Shown here: positions 10,227 through 20,788 of the stretch, piece by piece
Numbering within the stretch: the first letter of the stretch is position 1
Layout: every line of letters begins with the position of its first letter
Origin: Burkholderiales bacterium
GTDB lineage: Bacteria > Pseudomonadota > Gammaproteobacteria > Burkholderiales > SG8-39
DNA: 64,000 nt
NCBI GenBank assembly: GCA_014860445.1
Contig: JACZJT010000032.1
Span: 74,268 to 138,267, forward strand
Reading direction: 5' to 3'
The notes under the pieces: model-generated
Databases searched by the model: none
Seen by the model: only the letters and a program-made list of their open reading frames with translations
What the model was told of the DNA's origin: nothing
Made by a program: the position numbers and the translations under genes

Positions 10227-10364
10227 GTCTTTTATTCCTAGAAAAATTATGAAAGGCTTGCGCCCAAATGCGAGAACTTCAAGGAGGAAAACGAAGACCT
10301 GAGGAGGACCGCGAAGCGGCTACGACGGACCAGCAATTCCACTACCTTACATTCCTGCACCGTC

Positions 10365-10393
10365 CTTATACAGGAGCACCCAGGCCGGGTCAA
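10365..10393 (-). promoter_or_regulatory. Candidate cspA promoter (TTGACC-N17-TATAAG), implying a roughly 130-nt 5' UTR
   Basis: The minus strand reads cTTGACCcggcctgggtgctcctgTATAAGg. Long 5' UTRs are typical of cspA-family genes. Confidence 0.45.
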
Positions 10394-10448
10394 GGCAATT
10401 CGGTGCGGCTGTCCACATCCCGCGGCGCACCGGCCGCGGTGGTGCTGG

Positions 10449-10688
10449 CTAGTAGCGCTTGCCCGTGCTGAATTCGACTTTCATGCGGGCGACCTGCTTG
10501 CGCATGATTTCGAGTGCTATCCGGGCCGCTTCCTCGGTGCGCACACATTCGTCGCTAGGCTCGCCTTCGCCCGGCGCAACGCGCTGGCGCGCGACCTCAG
10601 CCTGGGCTTCGTTGTAGCGCTGCGTTGCCGTATTCCAGCGTTCGACCAGTTCCTGCTCCTGTGCCCGCCACGCTCTTCGTTTGTCCAT
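10449..10688 (-). CDS. Hypothetical small helical protein (79 aa)
   Basis: Internal ATG (MDKRRAWRAQEQELVERW...) of track ORF 10449..10721, preceded by GGAGG 7 nt upstream. Charged, coiled-coil-like sequence. No family recognised. Confidence 0.5.
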   Translation of the reverse strand: MDKRRAWRAQEQELVERWNTATQRYNEAQAEVARQRVAPGEGEPSDECVRTEEAARIALEIMRKQVARMKVEFSTGKRY

Positions 10689-10907
10689 CAGCCCGCCTCC
10701 ACGCAATCGATCGAGTTTCACCGTTCCTTGCGTTCATCGTTCTGAACGCCCGTCATTGTACTCGCCTGCTCCCTACGCTGACGGAAATGCGCTCGGCCCT
10801 GCGTCGGCGCCGGGGAGAGTGTGATACCTTTGCGGCGGCATTTTGAATATTCATAGCCGGTCGGCGACGCATGTTGCAGGCGGCGCGGAACCGGAAAGAA
10901 AGCGGAT

Positions 10908-11372
10908 ATGGCCCATGTAATCAAGGCGGTGGACGAGAATTACGAGGCGCGTGTGCGCGACAGCTTCGGGCGCCAGCCGGCGATGCGCCTGATCGGCGCG
11001 CGCATGGGACGGGTGGAAGCCGGCTATTGCGAAATCGAGCTGCCTTTTCGGGACGACCTTACGCAGCAGCACGGTTTGTTTCACGGCGGTTTCACCAGCG
11101 CGATCGCGGACGCGGCCTGTGGCTACGCCGCCTATACCCTGTTCGGCGCGGTGGACTCGGTGCTGTCCGTAGAGTACAAAATCAATTTTCTGTCTCCTGC
11201 GGCGGGAGACAAGCTGGTGGCTATTGCCCGTGCGAAAAAGAGCGGCCGTACACTCACGGTCTGCGAATTCGAGGTTCTGGCGGCAAAAGGCGGAGAACAG
11301 GTTTTGTGCGCCTGCGGCATCGCGACCATGATCCGCCTCGCCGATCGTCCGGATCGTCCGCAGGCCGGGTGA
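10908..11372 (+). CDS. PaaI-family hotdog-fold thioesterase
   Basis: 154 aa. The LHGG motif region (QQHGLFHGGFTSAIADAACGYA) is typical of PaaI/YdiI thioesterases. Confidence 0.85.
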   Translation: MAHVIKAVDENYEARVRDSFGRQPAMRLIGARMGRVEAGYCEIELPFRDDLTQQHGLFHGGFTSAIADAACGYAAYTLFGAVDSVLSVEYKINFLSPAAGDKLVAIARAKKSGRTLTVCEFEVLAAKGGEQVLCACGIATMIRLADRPDRPQAG

Positions 11373-11389
11373 TTGCGGCCTGGCGCGTC

Positions 11390-11923
11390 TCAATCCGCGC
11401 GTAGATAGCGGACAAAATCGTAGCGGAAGGCCGCGCCGGCTTCGGTGCCGTGGGCTTCGCGCGCGGTTTCGCGCCACTGCGCCAGGGAAAACTCGGGAAA
11501 GAAGGCATCGCCTTCGAACGGTGCGTGGATTTCGGTGAACTCGAGGCAGTGCGCGCGCGGCAGGGACTCGCGGTATAACTCCGCGCCGCCGATGACAAAA
11601 ATAGTTTCTTCACCGCCGCAGGCCGCAAGCGCTGCGTCCAGCGTATGGACCACGTCGCATCCCGACGCGCTGTAGTCGTGATTGCGGGTGATCACCAGGT
11701 TGCGCCGTCCGGGCAGCGGCTTGCCTATGGATTCGTAGGTCTTGCGGCCCATCACCACGGGATGGCCCAGGGTCAAAGCCTTGAAGCGTTTCAGATCGGC
11801 CGGCAAGTGCCAGGGCAGGGCGTTGTTCCTGCCGATGACACGGTTTGCGGCCATCGCGGCGACGAGGCAGATGCGCGTATTCGGCGGCGCCGTCGATTTT
11901 TCGGCGGGCGGGTTCGTCGACAC
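11390..11923 (-). CDS. folA: Dihydrofolate reductase
   Basis: 177 aa. IGRNNALPWHLPADLKRFKALTLGHPVVMGRKTYESIG and GGAELY motifs. Confidence 0.95.
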   Translation of the reverse strand: MSTNPPAEKSTAPPNTRICLVAAMAANRVIGRNNALPWHLPADLKRFKALTLGHPVVMGRKTYESIGKPLPGRRNLVITRNHDYSASGCDVVHTLDAALAACGGEETIFVIGGAELYRESLPRAHCLEFTEIHAPFEGDAFFPEFSLAQWRETAREAHGTEAGAAFRYDFVRYLRAD

Positions 11924-11948
11924 TACGCTAGCGGAGCCGCGTGCGCCG

Positions 11949-12758
11949 TCATACGGCGATCGGCGCCTTGATGGCGGGATGGGGATCGTAGCCTTCCAGC
12001 GTGAAGTCTTCGTAGCGGAAGCCGAACAGGTCTTTTACCGCCGGATTGATCCGCATCAGCGGGAAGGCTCGCGGTGCGCGCGACACTTGTTCGCGCGCCT
12101 GATCAAAATGGTTGAGGTAGAGGTGCGCGTCGCCGAGCGTATGCACGAACTCGCCGGGCTGCAGCTCGCATACCTGCGCCACCATCAGGGCAAGGAGGGC
12201 ATAGGAAGCGATGTTGAAGGGCACGCCGAGAAACAGGTCGGCGCTGCGCTGGTACAGCTGGCAGGACAGTTTGCCTTCGGCGACATAAAACTGGAACAGC
12301 GCGTGGCAGGGGGGCAGCTTCATGCGGTCGATATCGGCCGGGTTCCAGGCGCTGACGATATGGCGGCGCGAATCCGGATTCTTCCTGATGCCTTCGACCA
12401 GCTGCGACATCTGGTCGATTACGCGCCCGTCGGGCGTCTTCCATTTGCGCCATTGGTGGCCGTATACCGGTCCCAGGTCTCCGTCCGCGTCGGCCCACTC
12501 GTCCCAGATGCTTACGCCGTTCTCCCGCAGATAGCGCACATTGGTGTCGCCCTGCAGGAACCACAGCAGTTCGTGGATGATGGATTTCAGGTGCAGCTTC
12601 TTGGTGGTGAGCAGCGGAAAGGGCGCCAGCGGGAAGCGCATCTGCCAACCGAATACCGATTGCGTGCCGGTGCCGGTGCGGTCGCTTTTTCTTGCGCCAT
12701 GTTCCATCACGTGGCGCACCAGGTCCAGGTACTGCTGTTCCGGATGTGGGGCGTTCAT
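11949..12758 (-). CDS. thyA: Thymidylate synthase (ThyA type)
   Basis: 269 aa. DRTGTGT, LPPCH and the C-terminal PAIKAPIAV. Confidence 0.97.
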   Translation of the reverse strand: MNAPHPEQQYLDLVRHVMEHGARKSDRTGTGTQSVFGWQMRFPLAPFPLLTTKKLHLKSIIHELLWFLQGDTNVRYLRENGVSIWDEWADADGDLGPVYGHQWRKWKTPDGRVIDQMSQLVEGIRKNPDSRRHIVSAWNPADIDRMKLPPCHALFQFYVAEGKLSCQLYQRSADLFLGVPFNIASYALLALMVAQVCELQPGEFVHTLGDAHLYLNHFDQAREQVSRAPRAFPLMRINPAVKDLFGFRYEDFTLEGYDPHPAIKAPIAV

Positions 12759-12770
12759 GGCTACCTACGC

Positions 12771-13613
12771 TCAGCCTGTTTCCGTCGGCCGCTGCGGGTC
12801 GCTGGACCATTCGCTCCAGGATCCCGGATACAGCCTGGAGCCGTGCAGGCCGGCAATTTCCATCGCAAGGAGGTTGTGACAGGCGGTCACGCCCGAGCCA
12901 CAGTAATGCACCACGGCGTCCGGGGCGGTGTCGCCGAGCAGCGCGGCAAACACCGCATGCAGTTCCGCTGCAGGTTTGAAACACCCGCGGGCATCCACAT
13001 TGTCCCTGAAGTATCGGTTGATCGAACCGCGGATGCGCCCGCCCACCGGGTCCAGTGTTTCGTTCTCGCCGCGGAAGCGGTCGGCGGAACGCGCGTCGAT
13101 GAGGACGCGGCCGGGCCGACCGATCGATTTCAACACCTCGCCCGCGTCTACCCACATCGCGCGAGGCTGCCCGGTGAAGCTTGCCGGCTGCGGCTTGGGC
13201 GCGTCGCCCGTCACCGGGCGCCCTTCGGCGATCCATTTGGCGTAGCCGCCGTCGAGGACGGCGACGTTTTCGTGTCCCAGCCAGCGCAGCATCCACCACA
13301 ACCGGGACGGGTAAACCCCGGTCTTGACGTCGTAAGCGACGACCTGCTTGCCCGAGTCGATGCCGACGGCCGCCAGCGTGCGCATGAAAACCTGCGGATC
13401 GGGCAGGGGATGGCGCCCGTTTTTCCCGTTGGGCGGCGCGGAAAGATCGCGGTCCAGATGCAGAAAGCGCGCACCGGGTATGTGCGCTTTGGTGTATTCC
13501 TGTGCGCCGGAATCCGGCTTGGCCAGGTCGTGGCGGCAGTCGATGGTCACCCACGTCGGATCGTCGAGATGCGCGGCCAATTCCTCTGTGCTGATCAGTG
13601 TCGTGTAGGCCAT
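12771..13613 (-). CDS. sseA: 3-mercaptopyruvate/thiosulfate sulfurtransferase (tandem rhodanese)
   Basis: Internal ATG at 13613 (MAYTTLISTEEL...) of track ORF 12771..13733, 280 aa. Active-site loop YCGSGVTACH. Confidence 0.9.
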   Translation of the reverse strand: MAYTTLISTEELAAHLDDPTWVTIDCRHDLAKPDSGAQEYTKAHIPGARFLHLDRDLSAPPNGKNGRHPLPDPQVFMRTLAAVGIDSGKQVVAYDVKTGVYPSRLWWMLRWLGHENVAVLDGGYAKWIAEGRPVTGDAPKPQPASFTGQPRAMWVDAGEVLKSIGRPGRVLIDARSADRFRGENETLDPVGGRIRGSINRYFRDNVDARGCFKPAAELHAVFAALLGDTAPDAVVHYCGSGVTACHNLLAMEIAGLHGSRLYPGSWSEWSSDPQRPTETG

Positions 13614-13618
13614 CGCGA

Positions 13619-13978
13619 TCAATCTCTCGACGGTTCCTGTTCCAGCCAGCCGCGCGCTTCCTTGTCGTCGTCGAACACCTGCAGGTCGGCGTTGATGAAC
13701 ATCTGCGACAGCCAGGCGCTCCAGATCACCCATTCACTGTTCGTGACGACGGCGATCTTGTCGAAATCATCGGGATGGCTGCGCGTGTATTTAATGTCCG
13801 CCCAGGCCACGTCCACGGTGAAACCGGCCATCTGGCGCAAATCGAACAGCAGGCTGACCTTGCCGCCAGGGGTGAGCGTGGAGCGCACCATGTCTTCGAA
13901 TTCCTTGTAGTCGGCGAGCACGAACTCGCCGAGCACGGTCACGGTGACCAGCTTGCCGCTGTGGTCGATGGCGATCAT
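13619..13978 (-). CDS. STAS/SpoIIAA-like (DUF3478-type) small protein
   Basis: 119 aa, MIAIDHSGKLVTVTVLGEFVLADYKEFEDM...KIAVVTNSEW, resembles SpoIIAA-like/STAS-SEC14 family proteins. Call rests on recalled similarity only. Confidence 0.65.
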   Translation of the reverse strand: MIAIDHSGKLVTVTVLGEFVLADYKEFEDMVRSTLTPGGKVSLLFDLRQMAGFTVDVAWADIKYTRSHPDDFDKIAVVTNSEWVIWSAWLSQMFINADLQVFDDDKEARGWLEQEPSRD

Positions 13979-14062
13979 GGACGGACTCCGTTGTATGGAT
14001 GGGTAGGCACTATAGCCCCGTCATTGCCGCAAGACCATCGACAATCGCTCTGCGTAGGGTTA

Positions 14063-15166
14063 TCAGGCTGGCTTTCCCAGTTCGCGCCGCAGGTATTCGT
14101 GAAAATGCAGCATGCCGTCTTCCATCGGGGACTGATACGGGCCGGCCTGGCTCGTGCCCTGCAGCATCAGCGCCTTGCGGCCGCGGTCCATGCGCAGCGC
14201 GATCTCGTCATCCTCAATCGCGGTTTCCCAGTACGCCGCCTGCTCGGCCTCGACGAATTCGCGTTCGAACAGGACCACGTCTTCGGGGTAGTAGAACTCG
14301 ACCACGTTGGTGGTCGATTGCGGCCCGCGCGGATGCAAGGTGCTCACCACCAGCACATGCGGATACCACTCGATCATGATGTTCGGGTAGAGCGTGAGCC
14401 AGATGGCGCCGTGCGCGGGAACTTCGCCCTGGTAGTAGTCGAGTACCGCCTGGTGCCAGCGCGCATAGGTCGTGCTGCCGGGCTTGGTCAGGCGCTTGTT
14501 GATGCCGACGGTCTGTACCGAGTGGCGCGGGCCGAACTGCCATTCGAGATCTTCGCAGGTGACGAAGTTACCCAGGCCCGGATGGAAGGGCTCGACGTGA
14601 TAGTCCTCGAGGTAGACTTCGATGAATGTCTTCCAGTTGTAATTGCACTCGTGGATATGCACGCGGTCAAGCATGTAGCCTGAGAAATCCAGATCCGCCC
14701 GCTCGCGCAGTCCGCGCAGATCCTGTGCGATATCGCGCTTGCCGGCAAACAGCAATCCGTTCCAGTTCTGCAACGCTGTCTTGGAAAGATTGAGGCAGGG
14801 ATTGTCGGGAAAGTGCGGCGCGCCCAGCAGCCGGCCCTGTGTGTCATAGGTCCACCGATGCAGCGGGCAGACGATATTGCGCGCGTTACCGCGGCCTTCC
14901 AGCATGATGGCCTGGCGGTGGCGGCAGACGTTGGACAGGAGTTCCACCCCTTGCTCATTGCGGATCAGCAGCTTGGCGTGGTCCATCCACGCGAGGCTGT
15001 GATAGTCGCCTGGATTGGGCGTCATCAGTTCGTGGCCGACGTAGCCCGGACCGTTCTCGAACAGGAGCTTTTGTTCGAGTTCGAGCATCTGCTGGTCGAA
15101 ATACCAGGAGACGGGAAGCTGCGGGCTGCTTTGTTTGAGTTTCAGGGGGCTGGCAATATCGGACAT
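14063..15166 (-). CDS. Rieske [2Fe-2S] non-heme-iron oxygenase alpha-subunit-like protein (orphan)
   Basis: 367 aa. Rieske motif CRHR...CPLHRW and a catalytic-domain E/D-x-H-type region (EVYLEDYHVEPFHPG). No beta subunit, ferredoxin or reductase gene nearby. Confidence 0.9.
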   Translation of the reverse strand: MSDIASPLKLKQSSPQLPVSWYFDQQMLELEQKLLFENGPGYVGHELMTPNPGDYHSLAWMDHAKLLIRNEQGVELLSNVCRHRQAIMLEGRGNARNIVCPLHRWTYDTQGRLLGAPHFPDNPCLNLSKTALQNWNGLLFAGKRDIAQDLRGLRERADLDFSGYMLDRVHIHECNYNWKTFIEVYLEDYHVEPFHPGLGNFVTCEDLEWQFGPRHSVQTVGINKRLTKPGSTTYARWHQAVLDYYQGEVPAHGAIWLTLYPNIMIEWYPHVLVVSTLHPRGPQSTTNVVEFYYPEDVVLFEREFVEAEQAAYWETAIEDDEIALRMDRGRKALMLQGTSQAGPYQSPMEDGMLHFHEYLRRELGKPA

Positions 15167-15387
15167 TACTTAACCTCGCGTGACTCGTGCGGGACACGGC
15201 AAGAACTTACTACGATACAGGGGCACAATTCCCCCATACTCCCAAGTCAGGACCGCTTTCGGCAACGCCGAAACGCATCCTCGTCAGTCGGCAAAAGGCC
15301 AATATTTCAGAATTTTACAGTGTTTTTGATTTGACTGGCAGGGTGGAGTTCAGCTATTTTCGTGTTTTATAGGGCACCGCAACCAAC

Positions 15388-15642
15388 ATGCCGAAATCAC
15401 CCAAGCCAGCCTCCGCCGGCGGTGAGTCCCCCAGTTTCGAAGCCGCACTGGCCGAGTTGGAAAAGCTCGTCGCCGGCATGGAATCAGGGCAGCTCTCGCT
15501 CGAACAATCCCTTGCCGCGCACAAACGCGGCCTGGAGCTTGCGCAATACTGCCAGGCGAAATTGAGCCAGGCGCAGCAGCAGGTGCAGGTGCTCGAAGCC
15601 AACACACTTCAAGCCTTTCCTGGTGCCGAACAAGACGATTGA
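15388..15642 (+). CDS. xseB: Exodeoxyribonuclease VII small subunit
   Basis: 84 aa. FEAALAELEKLVAGMESGQLSLEQSL is typical of XseB. Confidence 0.92.
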   Translation: MPKSPKPASAGGESPSFEAALAELEKLVAGMESGQLSLEQSLAAHKRGLELAQYCQAKLSQAQQQVQVLEANTLQAFPGAEQDD

Positions 15643-16525
15643 TTTTGCCGCCTGGATGGCCGCGGTCCAGACGCGCATGGAGGCTGCGTTGCAGCGCTTC
15701 CTGCCGGCGCCGGAAATCCTGCCCGAAAGGCTGCACCGCGCCATGCGCTATGCCGTGCTCGGCGGCGGCAAACGCGTGCGGCCCTTGCTGGCATTCGCCG
15801 CGAGCGAATTGAGTGCAGCGGATCCGGCGCGCGTCGAGGTCGTCGCCGCGGCAGTCGAGATGATCCACGCTTATTCCCTGGTCCACGACGACATGCCCTG
15901 CATGGACGATGACGTTCTGCGCCGGGGCCGACCCACCTGCCATGTGGAATTCGACGAGGCCACTGCCCTGCTGGTGGGCGACGCGCTGCAGCCGCTGGCG
16001 TTTCAGCTTATGGCCGACCATGTCCTTGCGGACAAGCCGGACGAACAGATCGAAATGCTGAAAATCCTTGCGGTGGCGAGCGGCTCGCGCGGCATGGCGG
16101 GCGGTCAGGCGATAGACCTCGCCAGCGTGGGCAAGACGCTCAGCCTGCCCGAGCTCGAATTCATGCACATCCACAAAACCGGTGCACTGATCCGCGCCGC
16201 AACCGTGCTCGGCGCGCGCTGCGGCCGCGGCCTTGAGGCGAACGGGTATGAAAGGCTGGAACGCTATGCCAAGACCGTGGGTCTGGCGTTCCAGGTGGTG
16301 GACGACGTGCTCGATTGCGAGGCCAGTACGGCCACACTGGGAAAAACGGCGGGAAAAGACGCCGCGCAATCGAAGCCGACTTATGTCAGCATACTGGGAT
16401 TGGCGCGTGCGCGTGAGCTGGCCGAGGAATTGCGTGTCGAGGCACACGCGGCGCTGTCCTCGTTTGACGCGCGTGCCGCGCGGCTGCACGAATTGGCCGA
16501 CTTCATCGTGCTGCGCAAGTTCTGA
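15623..16525 (+). CDS. ispA: Farnesyl diphosphate synthase
   Basis: 300 aa with a GTG start overlapping xseB by 20 nt. The N-terminus aligns with E. coli IspA MDFPQQL. Has DDMPCMDDD and the second Asp-rich motif VVDDVLD. Confidence 0.93.
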   Translation: MPNKTIDFAAWMAAVQTRMEAALQRFLPAPEILPERLHRAMRYAVLGGGKRVRPLLAFAASELSAADPARVEVVAAAVEMIHAYSLVHDDMPCMDDDVLRRGRPTCHVEFDEATALLVGDALQPLAFQLMADHVLADKPDEQIEMLKILAVASGSRGMAGGQAIDLASVGKTLSLPELEFMHIHKTGALIRAATVLGARCGRGLEANGYERLERYAKTVGLAFQVVDDVLDCEASTATLGKTAGKDAAQSKPTYVSILGLARARELAEELRVEAHAALSSFDARAARLHELADFIVLRKF

Positions 16526-16615
16526 ACCTGACATCCATTACCGAAAAGTCCAAAGCAAATAGTGAATAGCGAACGCGCGCATGAGCCGAAAGGCAAACAG
16601 GAATACGATCCGGCT

Positions 16616-18463
16616 ATGTACGAGTTGCTGAAGACCGTCAACAGCCCGGCCGAGTTGCGTGCGCTTGAGCGGCGCCAGCTTGCGCAGCTGGCCGAGGAAT
16701 TGCGCGCCTACATCATCGAATCGGTGAGCCAGACCGGCGGTCACCTGTCGTCCAATCTGGGAACGGTGGAACTCACCGTCGCGCTGCATTACGTCTTCGA
16801 CACGCCGAACGACCGGCTGGTGTGGGACGTCGGCCACCAGACCTATGCACACAAGATTCTTACCGGCAGGCGCGACGGCATGGCGAGGCTGCGCATGCAC
16901 GGCGGCATCTCCGGCTTTCCGCGTCGCGCGGAAAGCCAGTACGACACGTTTGGCACGGCGCATTCCAGCACCTCGATCTCCGCGGCGCTGGGCATGGCGC
17001 AGGCCGCGAGGCTGCGCGGGGAGAACAGGCGCGCGATTGCGATCATCGGCGACGGCGCGATGTCGGCCGGCATGGCGTTCGAAGCAATGAACAACGCCGG
17101 CGTGATGGACACCGATTTGCTGGTGATCCTGAACGACAACGACATGTCGATCTCGCGCCCGGTGGGCGGACTCAACAAATACCTCGCGCGGTTGCTCTCC
17201 GGAGGCCTGTACGGGGCCGCGCGCAAGGCGAGTGAAGCGGTGCTGGGCAAGGTGCCGCCGCTGTGGGAACTGGCCAAGCGCGTCGAGGAACACGCCAAGG
17301 GAATGGCGCTCCCCTCCACCATGTTCGAGGAATTCGGCTTCAACTACATCGGGCCGATCGACGGACACGACCTGGACTCGCTCATTCCCACGCTGAAGAA
17401 CATCAGCGAATTGAAGGGGCCGCAGTTTTTGCACGTGGTGACGAAGAAAGGCCAGGGTTACAAGCTCGCAGAAGCCGATCCGGTGCTCTATCACGGCGTG
17501 TCCAAGTTCAAACCGGATGCCGGCATCGTCGGCGGCAAGTCCGGCGGCAAACCGTCCTACACGCAGGTTTTCGGGGACTGGCTGTGCGACATGGCGGCGC
17601 TGGACGCGAGACTGGTGGGCATTACGCCGGCGATGTGCGAGGGCTCGGGCATGGTGCGCTTCGCCAAGGAATACCCCGAGCGCTATTTCGATGTCGGCAT
17701 CGCCGAGCAGCATGCGGTGACGTTCGCGGCGGGGCTCGCCTGCGACGGCGTGAAACCGGTGGTGGCGATTTATTCGACTTTCCTGCAGCGCGCCTACGAC
17801 CAGCTGATTCACGACGTGGCGATCCAGAATCTTCCCGTGGTGTTCGCGCTCGACCGCGCCGGCCTGGTCGGCGCCGACGGCGCCACGCACAACGGCGCGT
17901 TTGATTACGCCTATCTGCGCTGCATCCCCAATCTTACGGTGATGGCGCCCTCGGACGAGAACGAGTGCAGGCAGATGCTCTATACGGCGTTCCAGCTGGA
18001 CACGCCGACGGCGGTGCGCTATCCGCGCGGCGCCGGTCCGGGTGTTGGAGTCCAGAAGAAGATGCAGGCGCTGCCGCTGGCAAAAGCCGAGTTGCGGCGG
18101 CAGGGTGCAGGGGTCGCGATTCTGGCTTTCGGCAGCATGCTCAAGCCGGCACTTGAAGCTGCCGAGGAGTTGAACGCGACCGTGGTGAACATGCGCTTCG
18201 TCAAACCGCTGGACGAAGACCTGGTCAGGCAGATCGCGCAGGAACATGAACTGTTGGTGACCGTCGAAGAGGGCGCGGTGATGGGTGGGGCCGGCAGCGC
18301 AGTGGCGGAATGTCTCGCCGCTGCGGGTCTGGCGCCGCGCTTGCTGCACCTGGGACTGCCCGACCGCTTCGTCGATCACGGCGACAGCGCCGTTCTGCTT
18401 GCAGAAATCGGATTGGACAAGCCGGGACTGATTGCCGCCATCCGGGCGCGCCTGGGTGGCTGA
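16616..18463 (+). CDS. dxs: 1-deoxy-D-xylulose-5-phosphate synthase
   Basis: Internal ATG ([11 protein letters not shown]...) of track ORF 16562..18463, 615 aa. Has GGHLSSNLG and the GDG TPP motif ([16 protein letters not shown]). Confidence 0.97.
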   Translation: MYELLKTVNSPAELRALERRQLAQLAEELRAYIIESVSQTGGHLSSNLGTVELTVALHYVFDTPNDRLVWDVGHQTYAHKILTGRRDGMARLRMHGGISGFPRRAESQYDTFGTAHSSTSISAALGMAQAARLRGENRRAIAIIGDGAMSAGMAFEAMNNAGVMDTDLLVILNDNDMSISRPVGGLNKYLARLLSGGLYGAARKASEAVLGKVPPLWELAKRVEEHAKGMALPSTMFEEFGFNYIGPIDGHDLDSLIPTLKNISELKGPQFLHVVTKKGQGYKLAEADPVLYHGVSKFKPDAGIVGGKSGGKPSYTQVFGDWLCDMAALDARLVGITPAMCEGSGMVRFAKEYPERYFDVGIAEQHAVTFAAGLACDGVKPVVAIYSTFLQRAYDQLIHDVAIQNLPVVFALDRAGLVGADGATHNGAFDYAYLRCIPNLTVMAPSDENECRQMLYTAFQLDTPTAVRYPRGAGPGVGVQKKMQALPLAKAELRRQGAGVAILAFGSMLKPALEAAEELNATVVNMRFVKPLDEDLVRQIAQEHELLVTVEEGAVMGGAGSAVAECLAAAGLAPRLLHLGLPDRFVDHGDSAVLLAEIGLDKPGLIAAIRARLGG

Positions 18464-18563
18464 GCGGTGGAGTTGCCGAGCGCCGGCCACGACCGGCGAT
18501 CATGATAAAATATGTCCTTTGCAGCGGCGTCCGCGCCGCTAGCGTCCACGTAAGGGTTTCCTA

Positions 18564-19373
18564 ATGAACACGCGCGATCCCGTCGCCATCGCCGATGTGC
18601 AAAACTCAAAGGACACGCGCCGCCTGGCCATCGACCAGGTCGGTATCAAGTCCATCCGCCACCCGGTGAAGGTGAGCGAGCGCTCGGGCGGTGTGCAGCA
18701 CACCATCGCCACTTTCAACATGTATGTGCGCCTGCCGCATCATTTCAAGGGCACGCACATGTCGCGGTTTGTCGAAATCCTCAATGCACACGAACGCGAA
18801 ATCTCCGTCGACATCTTCAAGCGCATGCTGGACGAGATGATGGAGAAGCTCGAGGCGCAGTCGGGGCACATCGAGATGAATTTCCCCTACTTCGTCAACA
18901 AGGCGGCGCCGGTGTCCAAGGTGAAAAGCCTGATGGACTACGACGTGACGTTCATCGGTGACATCGACCAGGGGAAGCAGCGCTTCGCCATGAAGGTGCT
19001 GGTGCCGGTGACCAGTCTGTGCCCGTGCTCGAAGAAGATATCCGCCTACGGCGCGCACAACCAGCGCTCGCATGTGACGGTCACCGCGCGCACCAGCGGA
19101 TTCGTCTGGATCGAGGATATCGTCGACGTGATCGAGAAACAGGCTTCCTGCGAGCTGTACGGTCTGCTCAAGCGGCCGGACGAGAAGCTCGTGACCGAGC
19201 GCGCCTACGACAATCCCAAATTCGTCGAGGACATGGTGCGCGATGTTGCCGCGGTGCTCAACAAGGACGATCGCATCGATTGGTACGTGGTCGAGTCGGA
19301 GAACTTCGAGTCCATCCACAACCATTCGGCTTACGCGCTGATCGAAAACGACAAGAAGAAGTCCGCTGCCTGA
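18564..19373 (+). CDS. folE2: GTP cyclohydrolase I type 2 (FolE2/MptA family)
   Basis: 269 aa. [15 protein letters not shown] and HNQRSH motifs. Confidence 0.93.
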   Translation: MNTRDPVAIADVQNSKDTRRLAIDQVGIKSIRHPVKVSERSGGVQHTIATFNMYVRLPHHFKGTHMSRFVEILNAHEREISVDIFKRMLDEMMEKLEAQSGHIEMNFPYFVNKAAPVSKVKSLMDYDVTFIGDIDQGKQRFAMKVLVPVTSLCPCSKKISAYGAHNQRSHVTVTARTSGFVWIEDIVDVIEKQASCELYGLLKRPDEKLVTERAYDNPKFVEDMVRDVAAVLNKDDRIDWYVVESENFESIHNHSAYALIENDKKKSAA

Positions 19374-19425
19374 GGGACCGCCGGCGGCGCGAAAACGCGC
19401 AACGCCCGAGCAGTCGATTTGTTTT

Positions 19426-20082
19426 TCAGAAACGCTTGGTCAGCGTCATGTTCTGGCCGTCGCGCTTCATTTCCATTCGGTTGAGAAAACTCATGCCCAG
19501 CAGGCTCACGCCCATGGCGTCGTTCCCGCTTACGACCGCGTCGACGTTATTGACCGAGACATCGCCGATGCGCACGGTATCGAGCTTGACGCGATAGACG
19601 GTCGTCATGCCGTTGGCGGTCCGCATCTGGTTGCGCTGACCCTGCAGATAATTGATCCCCAGGCGCTTGGCTTCGGCCGCCGGCACGACGACAAAGGTGG
19701 CGCCGGTGTCCACCAGAAAACGTACGCTGCCGCCGTTGATCGAGCCCATGGTGGCGAAATGGCCGCGTGCGTCCGCTGTCAGCGTGACACCGGTCCTGCC
19801 CTGGCTCGCGGCCGCATAGGCGTGACCCATGTGCAGCAGCGTCTTCCTGCCGTCGATCTCGAAACGGGCGGCGTCTTTTTCGGTTCCCAGCAAAACCACG
19901 CCTTCGGCGGTCTTTTTACCGGGTGACAGTGTGCGCGGCGCGCCGCCGTCGATTACGACAATGGCCTTGCTGCCGATCAACCCGACCAGGGTGACGTCGG
20001 CGGCGAGCGCCGGCGGGGCGAAAACAGCCAGCGCCAGCAAACTCAGGCTAGAATTCCTGCACCGAATCATCCGGGACGTCAT
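19426..20082 (-). CDS. Secreted retropepsin-like (clan AA) aspartic protease
   Basis: Signal peptide ...LLALAVFAPPALAA and catalytic FLVDTGAT. The start is uncertain (ATG at 20082 or 20070). The track start at 20100 would overlap the divergent gene. Confidence 0.8.
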   Translation of the reverse strand: MTSRMIRCRNSSLSLLALAVFAPPALAADVTLVGLIGSKAIVVIDGGAPRTLSPGKKTAEGVVLLGTEKDAARFEIDGRKTLLHMGHAYAAASQGRTGVTLTADARGHFATMGSINGGSVRFLVDTGATFVVVPAAEAKRLGINYLQGQRNQMRTANGMTTVYRVKLDTVRIGDVSVNNVDAVVSGNDAMGVSLLGMSFLNRMEMKRDGQNMTLTKRF

Positions 20083-20083
20083 C

Positions 20084-20788
20084 GTGAAACCGGTCGCCAT
20101 ATTCCGCCACAGCCTTGCAGAGGGACCCGGCTATTTTGCCACATACCTGGATGCACATCGCATAGGGTGGAGGTTGGTGAAGGTCGACGCCGGCGATGCG
20201 CTGCCGGCGTCGGTGGGCGGCTTTTCAGGGCTGGTGTTCATGGGCGGTCCGATGAGCGTCAACGACGCGCTTCCGTGGATTTCCGGGGTGCTGCAGCTGA
20301 TTCGCGCCGCGGTGAAAGCAGGCGTGCCGGTGCTGGGGCATTGCCTGGGCGCGCAGCTCATGTCCCGGGCGCTGGGCGGTACGGTCGGCCCCAATCCGCA
20401 AAAGGAAATCGGCTGGGGCAGGGTGGACGTTGCCGACAGCAGCACAGCGCGCGCCTGGTTCGGCGATACGCGCAGCTTTGTTTCGTTTCACTGGCACGGC
20501 GAGACCTACAGCCTTCCGGCGGGGGCCGATGGCATCGCGTCCAGTCCCCACTGCCGCAATCAGGCCTTTGCGCTGGGCCCTCACCTGGGCATGCAATGCC
20601 ATGTGGAGATGACGCCGGAGATGATACGCGCCTGGTGCGATTCGGGCCGCGAGGCGCTTGCGCTCTGCGCCTGCCCGTCGGTGCAGGGTTCGCGCGAAAT
20701 GCAGTCCCACATGCCAGCGCGCCTGGCGGTCCTCAACACAGTGGCGGCGCGCCTCTACGATCGCTGGATCGAAGGGCTGAAGAATTAA
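20084..20788 (+). CDS. Class I glutamine amidotransferase (GMP synthase-like GATase1 domain protein)
   Basis: GTG at 20084 (VKPVAIFRH...) inside track ORF 19829..20788, 234 aa. Nucleophile elbow GHCLGAQL and a HWHGE region. Confidence 0.85.
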   Translation: MKPVAIFRHSLAEGPGYFATYLDAHRIGWRLVKVDAGDALPASVGGFSGLVFMGGPMSVNDALPWISGVLQLIRAAVKAGVPVLGHCLGAQLMSRALGGTVGPNPQKEIGWGRVDVADSSTARAWFGDTRSFVSFHWHGETYSLPAGADGIASSPHCRNQAFALGPHLGMQCHVEMTPEMIRAWCDSGREALALCACPSVQGSREMQSHMPARLAVLNTVAARLYDRWIEGLKN

